A stretch of DNA of 63,053 nucleotides, counting the filler, from Asterionella formosa (Eukaryota): the NCBI GenBank assembly GCA_002256025.1. It is 15 parts of 15 records of this genome, joined end to end, with 100 filler letters (N's around TTAATTAATTAA, not from the genome) between each part and the next. Parts side by side here need not be neighbours in the genome. Positions count along the whole stretch, not along the records: positions 1 to 16,467 come from NKIB01004888.1; positions 16,568 to 17,590 come from NKIB01004899.1; positions 17,691 to 18,713 come from NKIB01004900.1; positions 18,814 to 35,275 come from NKIB01004901.1; 11 more parts are not named here. One strand, 5' to 3'. This document shows, piece after piece, positions 11,672-23,359 of the stretch. The translations under genes and the position numbers were made by a program. The notes beneath the pieces are model-generated. The model saw only the letters and a program-made list of their open reading frames with translations, did no database searches and had not been told where the DNA came from. Each line of letters opens with the position of its first letter. Positions within the stretch are counted from its first letter, which is position 1.

Positions 11672-13777
11672 TCAATTGTTGTTCTGGTTGGGGTGAGTTG
11701 TCTCATGCTCCTGAACAGCAGCATTGAAGAATTGCGCGAATTGCTTTTTCTGTTCGCCTTGTAACTGAATGTGTGTTGCCTTGCCTTTCTGTCGCAGGTC
11801 TCGACACATATGCCCAATAGCTACCTGCCAACGAAAGCAGTTACGGACACCGTTGATCTTTGGTGCATTGCGAAGGGTGGCTGGGGGGAAAATGTCTCGG
11901 TAGAATTTTCCGGGGGGCAGGCGGAACATGGTTTCGGCCTTGGGATTTGAGACAGCGTGTCCTCGTTCTGATCGGTTGGATGTGTGGCCCGTGGATGTGT
12001 TGTAGTTGTTATGATCCTCCCGAGGTCTTTGGATGAGTGGTTGGAAAAAGGGCGGAGACCCGAGGGTGCAGAGGTGTTGTCATTGGGTTACACGTAGCAA
12101 TCTGCCGTTGTTGTTGGGCGAAATCGAGTAGATGGAAATCCATGTCTGCGATCTTTTTTGCATGGCGAGCGTTTCTACAGAACGCTTGAATCATGTTGTC
12201 CATGATTGTTAATTGGTGTGCAAAAAATTTTGGGTCAAGTTCTTGGCAATGGAGATAGCTGGATTGATGAGTTTCAAGGTGCTGGAGCCAGGAACAAAGT
12301 CGGTCGGATGTGTAGCAGCAGCCCAATACAAAAATCACCATTGCGATCATGTTTCTGATTGTTGTTTCAAAATCGTTTGTATTTTTTGCAACAATCAACA
12401 GTTTCTTGTCCCTTAGCCATTTCATTGTTTGTTCGAATCTTGTGCCATCGCAGGAGGAATCGATTGTTGCATTAGCAATGATATCTTGGTCGGAAGATGC
12501 CACCATGCTGTTGAATTCGGATAACAGCATAAATAGGCTGAGTCGGGAGGGGCCATCCGTCGGGTCTCATAGTTTAGTTGTAGTTGGCTGATGCATAAGG
12601 AAGTGAACGGGTCTAGATGTAGGTCCTGACATAATTACACGGAATGTAGGTATTCCGACATGTATTGTTGTGCTGCAGAAGTGTTGGAGCTCAAACTTAG
12701 GAAAGTCGTTAGTGACTGGTTGGTTCCAACACGGTATCGTCGTTATGGGTGGCCATGAGGCGAAGAATCTGATCTTGAATGAACTTAGGCTGACGCTCCC
12801 ATGCTTTGGTAGACTTGATGCCGAGAGCGTCCGTGCGTCCGCCAGGCGATCCGTAGTAATAGCTAGTTTTGATGCCGCATTTACCAGAGCTGTGGTTACT
12901 TTGTCCAAACCGTGTCCCACATATGAATCTGCATTGTTACCTGAATTATTTTCTGATACTGGAACCGTTCTCGTAGGGTTCGGTGTACCTGTAGTAGTAG
13001 CTAGTAATGGTGGTACCACTTAAATGTGCCCGGTGTAGAGCTGCACTCCATTCCATAATTTCGGGCAAGCTGGGTTTCGAGGTCGACAATGCCAGTTCTT
13101 CGGCATGTGTTGCTGCTGCGTATAAGAAATTTGTGAAGTAACCCGCAGACACATGGACAAGGCGGATGATCTCTGCTTTTTCGTTGTCCAAACGCGATGC
13201 TACCAAGTCGGCCTGGGCGAGGCCGAATTCGATTGTCGCTTGTTTAGTGGCGAAATATAAATCTGCAGGATTGTGAGATGTCTGTCTTGTGAGCATGTCG
13301 AAAAGGAAGGGGGGAACCTGGGCCACCAGGTGTGGGATGGCGAGGAAGATGCCGGATCCAGTTTCCTTCTGCTTGAGGTTCTTTAAGTACGCAGTGGTAG
13401 TGGCGATGTCTTCATTCGTTGAGATGCGTGGCATTTCGATCGTGATGTCTTTGTAAGCTTTGGCACCATCGAACAGGATGGGTGTGGCAGTGGATCCGAG
13501 ACCAGTCAACGCCATGTGTAGTGCATCAGTGTCATCCCAGTTGGTGCCTGTAAGGGTTGTGTAGTGATGACAGAAGGAAACTTGGTGGTCCTCTTCATTT
13601 ACTAAAGCAAAGAGATTGAATGCAGTGTTGTGGATGAGTTTCTGGCGATCTGTTCCTGTGGCTTCCTGTGGCTGCCAAGTTTATCTTTTCGGCAAATCTG
13701 TGAAAGTCAGTTAGGATCTTCGAATGTAGGGTAATCTTGGTCTTAAAGAACTGTTTACAAGCTTGAGTTAGAATCAT
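11672..13777 (-). pseudogene. ORF1/gag-like gene of the YR retrotransposon (fragmented)
   Basis: Chain of same-strand ORF fragments between A1 and RT, ending in a Cys/His motif (CFRWQV..GHMCRD...ATH) like the gag C-terminal zinc finger of DIRS-order elements. Confidence 0.65.
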
Positions 13778-13793
13778 TTTTAAGTAATAGATC

Positions 13794-14131
13794 TGAATTT
13801 TTATCTAAAGACTATAAATTTGCAAGACTTGGTGATCAACGATTTGCTTTTGTCGAAAGCTAATTCGCAGAATTGTGAGCTTTCTGCCTTGAACCCTTTG
13901 CATGGTTGTTCTCTGGCAGATTGACTCTTCCATGACCTTCTTCTTGCATGGTTTACATGTCGCTTGCTTGCTTTCTAACGTCATCTTCAATTTTTGCTAG
14001 GTATTTTTTAATTGGCTCCCGTGGTTGCTCAATTTTCCTCAGCCTGCCTGTATTCCGATCTCTCCTGTTTTTCTGCGGTTTCAATGCGCGCCTCGTGCAC
14101 ATCCCCTGTTTCCTTTGTCTATAATAGTAAC
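13794..14131. repeat. Split direct repeat A1 (5' end of the YR retrotransposon)
   Basis: Direct copy of 7465-7802. Confidence 0.95.
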
Positions 14132-14780
14132 TTTCAGAACGCAAAGCATGTGCTTCACGTCATATTTCTGCATGTTTCACATGGTACATAAGGGCATTTC
14201 TGAATACATAGGAGCGATATTTTTAAATCCTCACCAGCAGAAAGCAGGCCTCGACATGATTCGGTACCGGTACTATTAAATATGTATGCATATTCATGTA
14301 TTACGTGCAACTGCATATGCGCGCATAGGCGAGTGCACAACAATATGATATATATGTATATACCGTTGTATGTTCTGCTGACCATGGACTGTACACTGTT
14401 ACATAGCGACGAGTTACAACGATGGCGAAATGATTTGGACATTCGATGTACTATACATACTGGTACCAGCTACTTCGTATGTTCGAGCTGGGTCTTCCAG
14501 ACCAAATCAGTACCTGTTACCTGGTACCCTGGTATGGTACCAGGTGGTATTCTACAACGCGACAGGTTGAAAATACAGATTGCTTGTGACCCCTTCTTCG
14601 TATGTAGGCGCTCTTGGGTTTTGTACTGATGTCCTCTACAAACCCTCTGCTTCGCTCCTTATAGTTGTTGAGTGAGCGCATGATAGAGATCTTCAACCAG
14701 ATTAACATATCGCTCTCATTCACAATCAGTGATCTGAGCAGAGATATGGAACACTAATAACATAGAGATAAAACTGAAAG

Positions 14781-16467
14781 ATGAAGGAAGGCGATGCTGA
14801 TGAGCCAGAGCTCGCAATGAATGACCTGATTGACTTAATGACCGAATCGAAACGACATCAGCAGCAACGTCGATCGTCTTACAGTGGGGGCATATCACAG
14901 CTACGGACATCCAATGGGTTTCGACGAAGCTCGATGGGAAATATTAGCCTTTTGAGTGACAACCAGCCAACGAAAGGCAACCTTCTTGTCCCCACTCAAA
15001 TTCAAGTCCGACGGCTATCGTCAAATTGCGGAGCATCTTACCAGTCACATCCATCACGAGAGAACTTTCATGAGGCCTTTGATGCTATGGATATGCTAAC
15101 AGAGAAAGAAATATCGTTTCGAATGCAACCGCAAAGCGAGCAGGACCGTGCAAGACTTATGGAAAGTATCTATTGGCTTGCTTCTCATGTTCCAATATGT
15201 CTATTGGATCGACTCGTGGAAGAAGTCAGGGTCAAGCGAAGAATTGCTGAGGGCCCACTCATTGTTCCAGAAGACTCAAGAAAAGAATCGGATTGCGATC
15301 ATAGTGAGGGCGAAAGTATGGTTTCAGAGCTGTCAGAAGCTGACATAATAAATGGGTCAGCCACAAAGATGCAAGAACGACCCAAAACGGATACAGGGAA
15401 CGACCAAGATTCCGATAGTGATTCCGACAACCCAACGCCAAATCGACGCCGACATCCTCTTCATCTTGCAAACCATGCATTATCATCTGGAGAATTCAAC
15501 ACAAATGGAAAATTTGGGTCTACCCAAAATGATTGCATTTCCAACGAAAATCAATCGGATACCAAAGGCGAAGATCCTTATGCAGATTCTGCACTTGCAA
15601 CTGAAGGAATACCGAGAAAAATAAAATTAGAAAATAGAAAAGCTTCTCGGGCAAGGAATCTTATTTCGGTCCAAATATCCACAGATCAAAGTCAATCTTT
15701 TCCACATTTCAATCGACAACATTCAAGAGGACTGAGCAGGTCTCCTTCGCCAGATCACTGTGATCAACCGGAGGCCCATTCAGCGAGGGGATCAATACGG
15801 AAAGGAATCATGTCTATCATGAAGCTAGACAAAAAATCCGGGGGGTTCTCGTTTGATCCTCAAAACACTTGCACAGTGAGATCTATGTCAAGCCGTTGTA
15901 GCTCGACAAGCATCGATGAGCAACACGAGCTTGCCTTGAAGGCTCTGGGAATTGGAGCAAACTTGCGTCGTTCCCCATTCTTTATCGACCCCTTTCCGTT
16001 CGATTCCGACGATGAAAAACAAATTCAGTCGCGACAAGGTAAAATCCAACAGCCACACCAACGAAGTGCTGCAATGCAACGAAACGAATTGCCACAACCT
16101 TGGCCAGAAAGTAGCAATTTAACACTGGGAGTACAATCAAGTGAATGGAGGCAAAGCTCACTGCCGTATTCCTTGCCACGTCAATCTGCCCTTTTATTTG
16201 TGGATATTTCTGGGTTCACAAAGCTGTCCACTCTCATGGATCCCGAGTCGCTATCAAATGCGATCAACTTTTACTTTCAACGAGTTGTGAATGAAATTAC
16301 ATCACATGGTGGCGATGTACTGAAATTTGCTGGTGATGCGATTTACGCCGAATGGGCAGCTAGTTCATTAGATGATATCGACACAAATGGGAACAGGCGG
16401 CTGCCTTTGCTCAAACTTGAGGATTGCGTGTTTGCGGCGGCTTCTTGTGGCGCAAAGATCGTTGCAG
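14781..16467 (+). CDS. Class III adenylate/guanylate cyclase, soluble ADCY10-like; 5' part only, truncated by a gap
   Basis: ALLFVDISGFTKLS...YFQRVVNEITSHGGDVLKFAGDA after a long Ser/Asp-rich N-terminal extension. Confidence 0.85.
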
Positions 16468-16605
16468 NNNNNNNNNNNNNNNNNNNNNNNNNNNNNNNNN
16501 NNNNNNNNNNNTTAATTAATTAANNNNNNNNNNNNNNNNNNNNNNNNNNNNNNNNNNNNNNNNNNNNTATCATAGACCGGTAAATAGCTCTGTATACATG
16601 TTGTC

Positions 16606-17034
16606 ATGACAATACCGAGACTTGCAATCATCAGTGGAATATTAGGCGCAACAGCGTCATGCCTTGCGAAATTTGCTCTAGCGCCAGAATCTCCAGTTCG
16701 CCTCTGGGGTCGGGAGCTTTGTAATAATCACGTGGGCTCGCTTCTCGTTGCGGGTGGATTACAAGCCTGCACTGTCTTGGAGTGGGTACCCCGTGGTATC
16801 GTTCTTGCACTCATGATAGTTATGAATATTGTCATGGTCGGTGCATTCTTGGAGGGAATGGACGAGAGTGGTAGTGTAGCCGGCACTGGATTGGCTTCCG
16901 CATCCAATTTTGCGGTATCGGCACTCTATGGAATTTTCTTATTCAACGAAGAGGTTGATGCAACATGGGTAGCTGGGTTCTCGTTGGTCATTATTGGAGT
17001 TACGCTGTTGTCAACAGTTCAAGCTCAACCTTGA
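16606..17034 (+). CDS. TMEM42-like / EamA-DMT small membrane protein
   Basis: 142 aa with four hydrophobic helices; GATASCLAKFA and ASNFAVSALYGIFLFNEEV...GFSLVIIG. Confidence 0.7.
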   Translation: MTIPRLAIISGILGATASCLAKFALAPESPVRLWGRELCNNHVGSLLVAGGLQACTVLEWVPRGIVLALMIVMNIVMVGAFLEGMDESGSVAGTGLASASNFAVSALYGIFLFNEEVDATWVAGFSLVIIGVTLLSTVQAQP

Positions 17035-17690
17035 ATACGGTCAAACTTTTCACAACGTTTCACAGCCACCAGGGTAGTGATGCCACCAGCGCTAGTATCA
17101 TGTTACATTTCTAGCCAATTCAGCCTCGTAACGAGCGAACTTGAAGCTCCTGTTTATTGAATATCCCTGTTTTGATCCAACGTTGAGGAATTTCAACAAG
17201 CTACAACTTGGAATGGCTGGCAGAACAGGGGACGTTGTGTTGCAGTGTTTTGGTGCCCGCAGATTAGGAGGATTTATGGCAAGAAGAAGCCAAGATTAAA
17301 GTAGCCAGTTCAACACAACAAGTTTCTCTTGGGATTGACGGATATGAGGCAAGCAGTTTCAAGGGGGAGAGTACTCAATGTTTTTGTACTAACTGGAGAC
17401 AAGCTAGACCATAGTGGTACGAGCTCTCAAGGCAGCAGCTATGAATTTACGCTGCATTTTACTACCGGTAGTTAGACAAGTATACTTTATAGTAGACTAT
17501 TTTATTTCCCAAGAACAAAACCTAATGTAGCGGCAAAGTGAACAAGCATCAATCGCAGTCCTAATATCGTCGTAATTCACTCTTAGCCATNNNNNNNNNN
17601 NNNNNNNNNNNNNNNNNNNNNNNNNNNNNNNNNNTTAATTAATTAANNNNNNNNNNNNNNNNNNNNNNNNNNNNNNNNNNNNNNNNNNNN

Positions 17691-17920
17691 CTTTTCCTAA
17701 TGCCATTCATGACAGAGGAAATTATCAATTATTACCATTGCACTTTGCATGTGCCAACAAGGCACCATTAGATGTCGTAGTTTTCTTGGTGACAACCTTT
17801 CCTGATTCCATCCATGATAAGGACCAGTATGGACAAACTCCATTGAGTTTTGCACGTGGTTGGGGAGCACCCCTCGAGGTGGTCAAATTCTTGGAGGAAT
17901 CTTGTCATGATGTTTGTTGA
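17691..17920 (+). CDS. C-terminal fragment of an ankyrin-repeat protein (5' end in a gap)
   Basis: LPLHFACANKAPLDVVVFLV...DQYGQTPLSFA...APLEVVKFL. Confidence 0.65.
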
Positions 17921-18858
17921 ATCTCAGAAAAAGTTATTCCCTTGTGTGAGGATTTTTGTGCAGCCGCAAACCTCTTAACGAGGGGACGAAGAAAAGCAAC
18001 AGGGAGCCAGTGGAACAAAGGATGGTTGTTCTGATTCAGTAAAAACAAATTCAGATATTTCTGCCAGTACAATATAATTTGTCTATACAGTTTTTATGAA
18101 ATCATTGCCAAGAATATGAGCCTTTGTTTTACGTTTCTTAGCGTGCGTTATTCCTCCTATGCACACCTTTTTGCACACCGCCGTTTTGGGGAAGGAATCA
18201 TCGCAGGTATATTGCTTGTGACTGCCATTAGTTGCAGGTTTCCCACTTGCACAGTCATGTTTTGTCTGCAAGTACTTGCTGGCATGGTTTTGTTTTTTCT
18301 GAGTTGTGTCCAGACCAAACATGGCGTTCAGCATCAAAGGATGGATAGTATTATATCCATACCAATGAAATCCATTATATCGATACAAAATGGATATTTC
18401 GTCAAGTGATTCTGTCCACTACAAAGAGCGAGAGTCCTGCCCAGGCATGATGTTAAGTTGATTTTCTTGTAAATATTATAGTAGTTTAATAAGCTGATTA
18501 ATGGTATACATTTTTCATAGTATTCGAACAAGAATAGGTATCATACTCGCTCATGCTACTTCCTGGAATGGGCACTTGATCGTCGCTCGCATTCAACTAC
18601 TAGACAACCTCGGTGCATCAATAAATGCCCTTTTTTCTCATCAAATTCACTACCACCATCATGTATCAAATCTGAAGAAACTGAAAGCTTTTTCGTAGAC
18701 ACCATGGTCTTATNNNNNNNNNNNNNNNNNNNNNNNNNNNNNNNNNNNNNNNNNNNNTTAATTAATTAANNNNNNNNNNNNNNNNNNNNNNNNNNNNNNN
18801 NNNNNNNNNNNNNACAGCAGAAATGCCAGGATTTTCTATATCGTACTACTGTAGCGTC

Positions 18859-21800
18859 TTACAAACCAGCCACTACATCAGGATGCCGGTATCCGTAAAA
18901 ATCCATCAAGTCGTTGTCCAAGCTATACTTTGCGTAAGCGAGATCATCTACCGTCATCTGAGTTGTTCGTGCCTCTGCTGATCCATATCTGACAAGAAGA
19001 TTAACAAGAGAGTGCCTATTGTCCTTGAAACCCGGTTTGAGGGATTCCGAAACGTAATTGAAATTATTCGTGTCATAAATCTTTCCACCTGCACACTGGC
19101 AAATTGATGTGGTGACTTCTCTTGGAAAGAAAATCAAGTCTTCAGCTCGCACAAAGAGTGAAGGATGACTATCAGTGTTGTATTCTCGATAAAAGGTATT
19201 CCAGAGGTCAGCAATAGTTGTGAAGGTCATGTTTACCGAATGAAAGTGCATTGTCAATGGTACAGTTTCATTGGTAGGAATCGGTGCACCGTACTTTCCC
19301 ATACCACCCAGGATGCGGGGTTCGCCTTTGGTATATGTGTATGGATTGGGCTTGATACCCGCCTTTTTCAAACGCTTGTTCTTCCTAATCCACTTTATAA
19401 ACCGTGCATGCGCGTCTCGGTCCTCACGTGTCAGGATCAGGTTGGGACAGTGTCTGTTCGTGTAGAACCACCCCGCGACGTACGGGGATCGGCACATGCT
19501 TTGCATCCAAGAGTAAGGATCTCGAGTGGTCACTACAGGAATTATGTCATCAATATCGTAATTGAAGTCCTTGGCGATATCGTGTGTGTATCTAAACTTT
19601 GGTAACTCGTGTTTTCCCCAATTAACTTGCCATCGCACGCGTCGTTCCGCAAAACCCCTCTTGTCAGTGTATATAGATGAAAAAATATTACAATTAGCTC
19701 GTAACAAGCTATACATCAAATTTGTGCCAGTATTCAACATTCCGGCAACTGCGAGAATGGCTTCAGTTTGATTGAAAGAAGAACAATGTTCCAAACCATG
19801 AATTATTGGCTTGTCGCCAATGAGCGACTTGACTTTGCTCCAAGTCGGCAGTCTCTCCACGTCGGCGTCAGTAAACAGTTCACCGGCATGCCGTAAAAGG
19901 GTAATGAGCGGCTCCTTGTCTACTGTCGAGGCAATAAGATTGCGAACCACCATTTTTTGTTTTGGCTTCTGAGGTAGTCGTTTTGGGAATTTTGGTATGG
20001 GTGCAGAAGTTGGAGCTTCCACCATCGAAGTATCCGGATGCTGGTAACCATATATTTGTATCAACTCGCTGTCGAGGTTTTGCTTCGCGTACGCAAGGTC
20101 GTCACTTGTCATGTGCCTTGTTCGCTTCGTGCCAGATCCATACTCAATCATCTTATCTAACGTGACGGGCGATTTATGCGCAAACGAGAAAGGTGTCCGC
20201 ATTTTGCCTCCAGCACACTCGCACACTTGTCGCGTTACTTCTTCTGGAAAGAAAATCAAGTCCTCTGCTCGAATAATGAGCTTTGGAAAATTGGCTTTTT
20301 GGTATGCGCCATACCATTCGTTCCAAAACTCAACAATGGAAACATAGGTAATATTGATGCTGTGATACTGCACCTTGATGGGTACTTCATCGTTGTCAGG
20401 TCGAAAGCCAGCATCATCCAAGGAACCAGACAAGACCCTGACTTCGTCATTACGTTTGTTAGGGTTATGTACGAATTTCCGAGATTTCATTCGACCATGA
20501 ACCTTCCGATCCGTTTCGGTCGGTACCAGGCTTGGGCAATGCTTGTCTGTAGAAAACCAATGCAGCCCTAAATCGAACGCATTTTGACACAAGGATTGCA
20601 TCCAAGTATAAGGATCACGAATAGTAACGACAGGGAGAACTTGCTTTAGATTCCAATTGTTATCCAAAAATCGAGGTTTCGATCTGCCTCTCATGGTTGC
20701 GAGTTCATGAACACCCCACGGCACCTGCATACGAAGACGTTCTTGAGGTAATGACATCTTATTGGTGTATTTCTCGGACTTGATGTCGCAATTCGAATGC
20801 AAGAGACTATAGAGATGGCTTGTTCCTGAATTGAACAACCCAGCAACTGCCAGAATTGTTTCTTGTTGATTCAACGATGAGCATTGCTCCAATCCAAATA
20901 TTATTGGTCGAGAGGCTCCAATGACAGAAGTTACTGTGTCCCAATGTGGCAACTGATTCAGGTCACTATTACTCACTTTTTGACCAGCTAGATACAATAG
21001 GTCAATCAAGGGTTGATGAGGCTTCGATTTGATTATTTGTGTGGCTTGTCTTGTTTGCGATGTACTTGGTGCATTCGGCATTGAAGGTTCGAGCTCGTTT
21101 AGATGATGATACCCGTACATTTTCATCAATGCACTATCGAGATGAATCTTTGCATATTCAAGGTCATCCTTTGTCATTTGCTTGGTTCGATTTGTTCCTG
21201 ATCCATAACGAATCATCATACTTGACATGTCACGTGACTCCTTCGCTGACAAAAAATGCTTCGTCTTCAAATCCTCCTGCACAAGAGAGAATCCNNNNNN
21301 NNNNNNNNNNNNNNNNNNNNNNNNNNNNNNNNNNNNNNNNNNNNNNNNNNNNNNNNNNNNNNNNNNNNNNNNNNNNNNNNNNNNNNNNNNNNNNNNNNNN
21401 NNNNNNNNNNNNNNNNNNNNNNNNNNNNNNNNNNNNNNNNNNNNNNNNNNNNNNNNNNNNNNNNNNNNNNNNNNNNNNNNNNNNNNNNNNNNNNNNNNNN
21501 NNNNNNNNNNNNNNNNNNNNNNNNNNNNNNNNNNNNNNNNNNNNNNNNNNNNNNNNNNNNNNNNNNNNNNNNNNNNNNNNNNNNNNNNNNNNNNNNNNNN
21601 NNNNNNNNNNNNNNNNNNNNNNNNNNNNNNNNNNNNNNNNNNNNNNNNNNNNNNNNNNNNNNNNNNNNNNNNNNNNNNNNNNNNNNNNNNNNNNNNNNNN
21701 NNNNNNNNNNNNNNNNNNNNNNNNNNNNNNNNNNNNNNNNNNNNNNNNNNNNNNNNNNNNNNNNNNNNNNNNNNNNNNNNNNNNNNNNNNNNNNNNNNNN

Positions 21801-22426
21801 NNNNNNNNNNNNNNNNNNNNNNNNNNNNNNNNNATCGTAACAACCGGTAGAATTGTTTCATGACTCCAATTATTGTCCTTATAGGTTGGGTTACGCAATT
21901 TCATTTCAGCCATGTTCCTGCTCCTCATGGCTGCAACTTCGTGCTTGCCCCAAGGCGTCTGCCACCTAACACGAAGTTGCGGTCTTCTAAACTTGTCGAT
22001 ATATTTTGCAGACCTGATTTCGCAATTATTTTTCAAAAGTTGGTAGAGATTGTTTGTTCCCGAATTGAATATCCCCGCAACAGCTAAAATCATTTCATCT
22101 TTGTCAAAGGAAGGACACTTGTCCAAACCGAAGATAATGGGCTTATCGGATCCAATGATTTCGGTTACTTTTGACCATGTCGGAAGATTTTTCAACATGC
22201 CTTTGTCAACTCTCTCACCCGATAGCTCGATCAATTCAAGCATTGGCCCGTAGTCTGACAGAGCAACAGGAACGACTTGTTGACGTTGTAACTGCAGCAA
22301 ATAGTCAGGAATTGCCAAATTAGACGAGATTTCGACTTTGTATTGTAGTATGGTCACCCAAACAATACCAATGCAGATTGCAACGCGAAAAGCCAAGCGG
22401 GTCTTCGCCATTGTTCTTCGGTCCAA
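18859..22426 (-). CDS. Type II membrane protein with three tandem P-loop sulfotransferase-like domains (internal gap 21295-21833)
   Basis: N-terminal TM helix, then three repeats of AGxFN(S/T)GT...W(G)xHE...RDPY(T/S)WMQS...RAEDLIF...YGS..RT..MT.DDL.YAK..LD. Part of the first repeat lies in the gap. Confidence 0.75.
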
Positions 22427-22784
22427 TGGACCACTTCAGAAGGAAATCAGGTGGAAGAGTGGAGTTTGATAATATACGGCTTTTATCGAAAAGAGGACCA
22501 GTGTTACCTGGTGTTATTGGCAGTAGTACAAGGACGAGTTCAAAATCATATGGAAATAAGCAGCACAATGACATCCGCTAATTAATATGTAGCAACAATT
22601 TGATATTATTTTAAATATATTCTAGATGTGTTATGGTAAATTTTATATATGTTGTATGTACATAAACTCTACATTTTTCTTACATAATAGCTATAATGAT
22701 TAGCTATCTTAGCCCTACCCTGGCCTGTCCCTGGTGTGGTACCTGGTATAGTGTCCATGCCGGTACCTGGTAGTCTGCCAGGCA

Positions 22785-22931
22785 TACCAGCAAGTCGCGG
22801 TCATTTTGCTTAATAAAGAAACAATGTAATATGGGAGCAAGTTGCGGTAATTGTGCTGAAACGAAAACTTTAGCTATCTTTATCCGATATTACATTGTTT
22901 ATTTAAGCAAAATGACCGCAACTTGCAGGTA
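22785..22931. mobile_element. Small MITE-like element with ~45-bp inverted repeats
   Basis: gcaagtcgcggtcattttgcttaataaagaaacaatgtaatat versus atattacattgtttatttaagcaaaatgaccgcaacttgc; related motif at 27068, ~28750 and ~28840. Confidence 0.65.
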
Positions 22932-23359
22932 CACCAGTACCAATAATTATTCATAGGTGGTACCAGGTACCTGGTACCCTGGTATGCATTTTCCCCCCCG
23001 AGAAAACGATTTAAAACGAAACGAGCGACATGGTCAGAATAGCTTGGCATAGGCTACATACTCCTTCGTGCTTCTCAGCTTGTCTGGGCTTTTATGATTA
23101 TTTAGGGTAAGGTTCCAAACATCCATGAACATTACTCGTTCATCGTAATTCGCGACCATCATGGGCCGTCATTCTTCAGTTGGGCTGTTTATGTGTCGTG
23201 GTAGTGTGGACCTGGACATACTCAATAAACAGTTTAGTCCCCAAATAATACAACACAATCACTATTTACAAATTCTCTACTTTTCAACATGCTTGCAGAT
23301 CACATAAATCTTCAAATGCTCTGACAGGAAACACACAAACAAAAATCGGCAGGTAAAAA

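Larger units (their letters stand above)
7241..14131 (-). mobile_element. Tyrosine-recombinase (DIRS-order) retrotransposon with Ngaro/PAT-type split direct repeats; decayed
   Basis: Minus-strand order is A1 (14131-13794), gag-like, RT, RNase H, YR, B1 (8010-7803), A2 (7802-7465), B2 (7450-7241). ORFs are broken by stops and frameshifts. Confidence 0.92.

Noticed and set aside
16468..16567. TTAATTAATTAA flanked by N runs, repeated at many positions
   Set aside because: Artificial all-frame-stop contig linker; not biological, and synteny across it is unreliable.
21039..21863. Long ORFs made mostly of X
   Set aside because: Artefacts of translating through N gaps.
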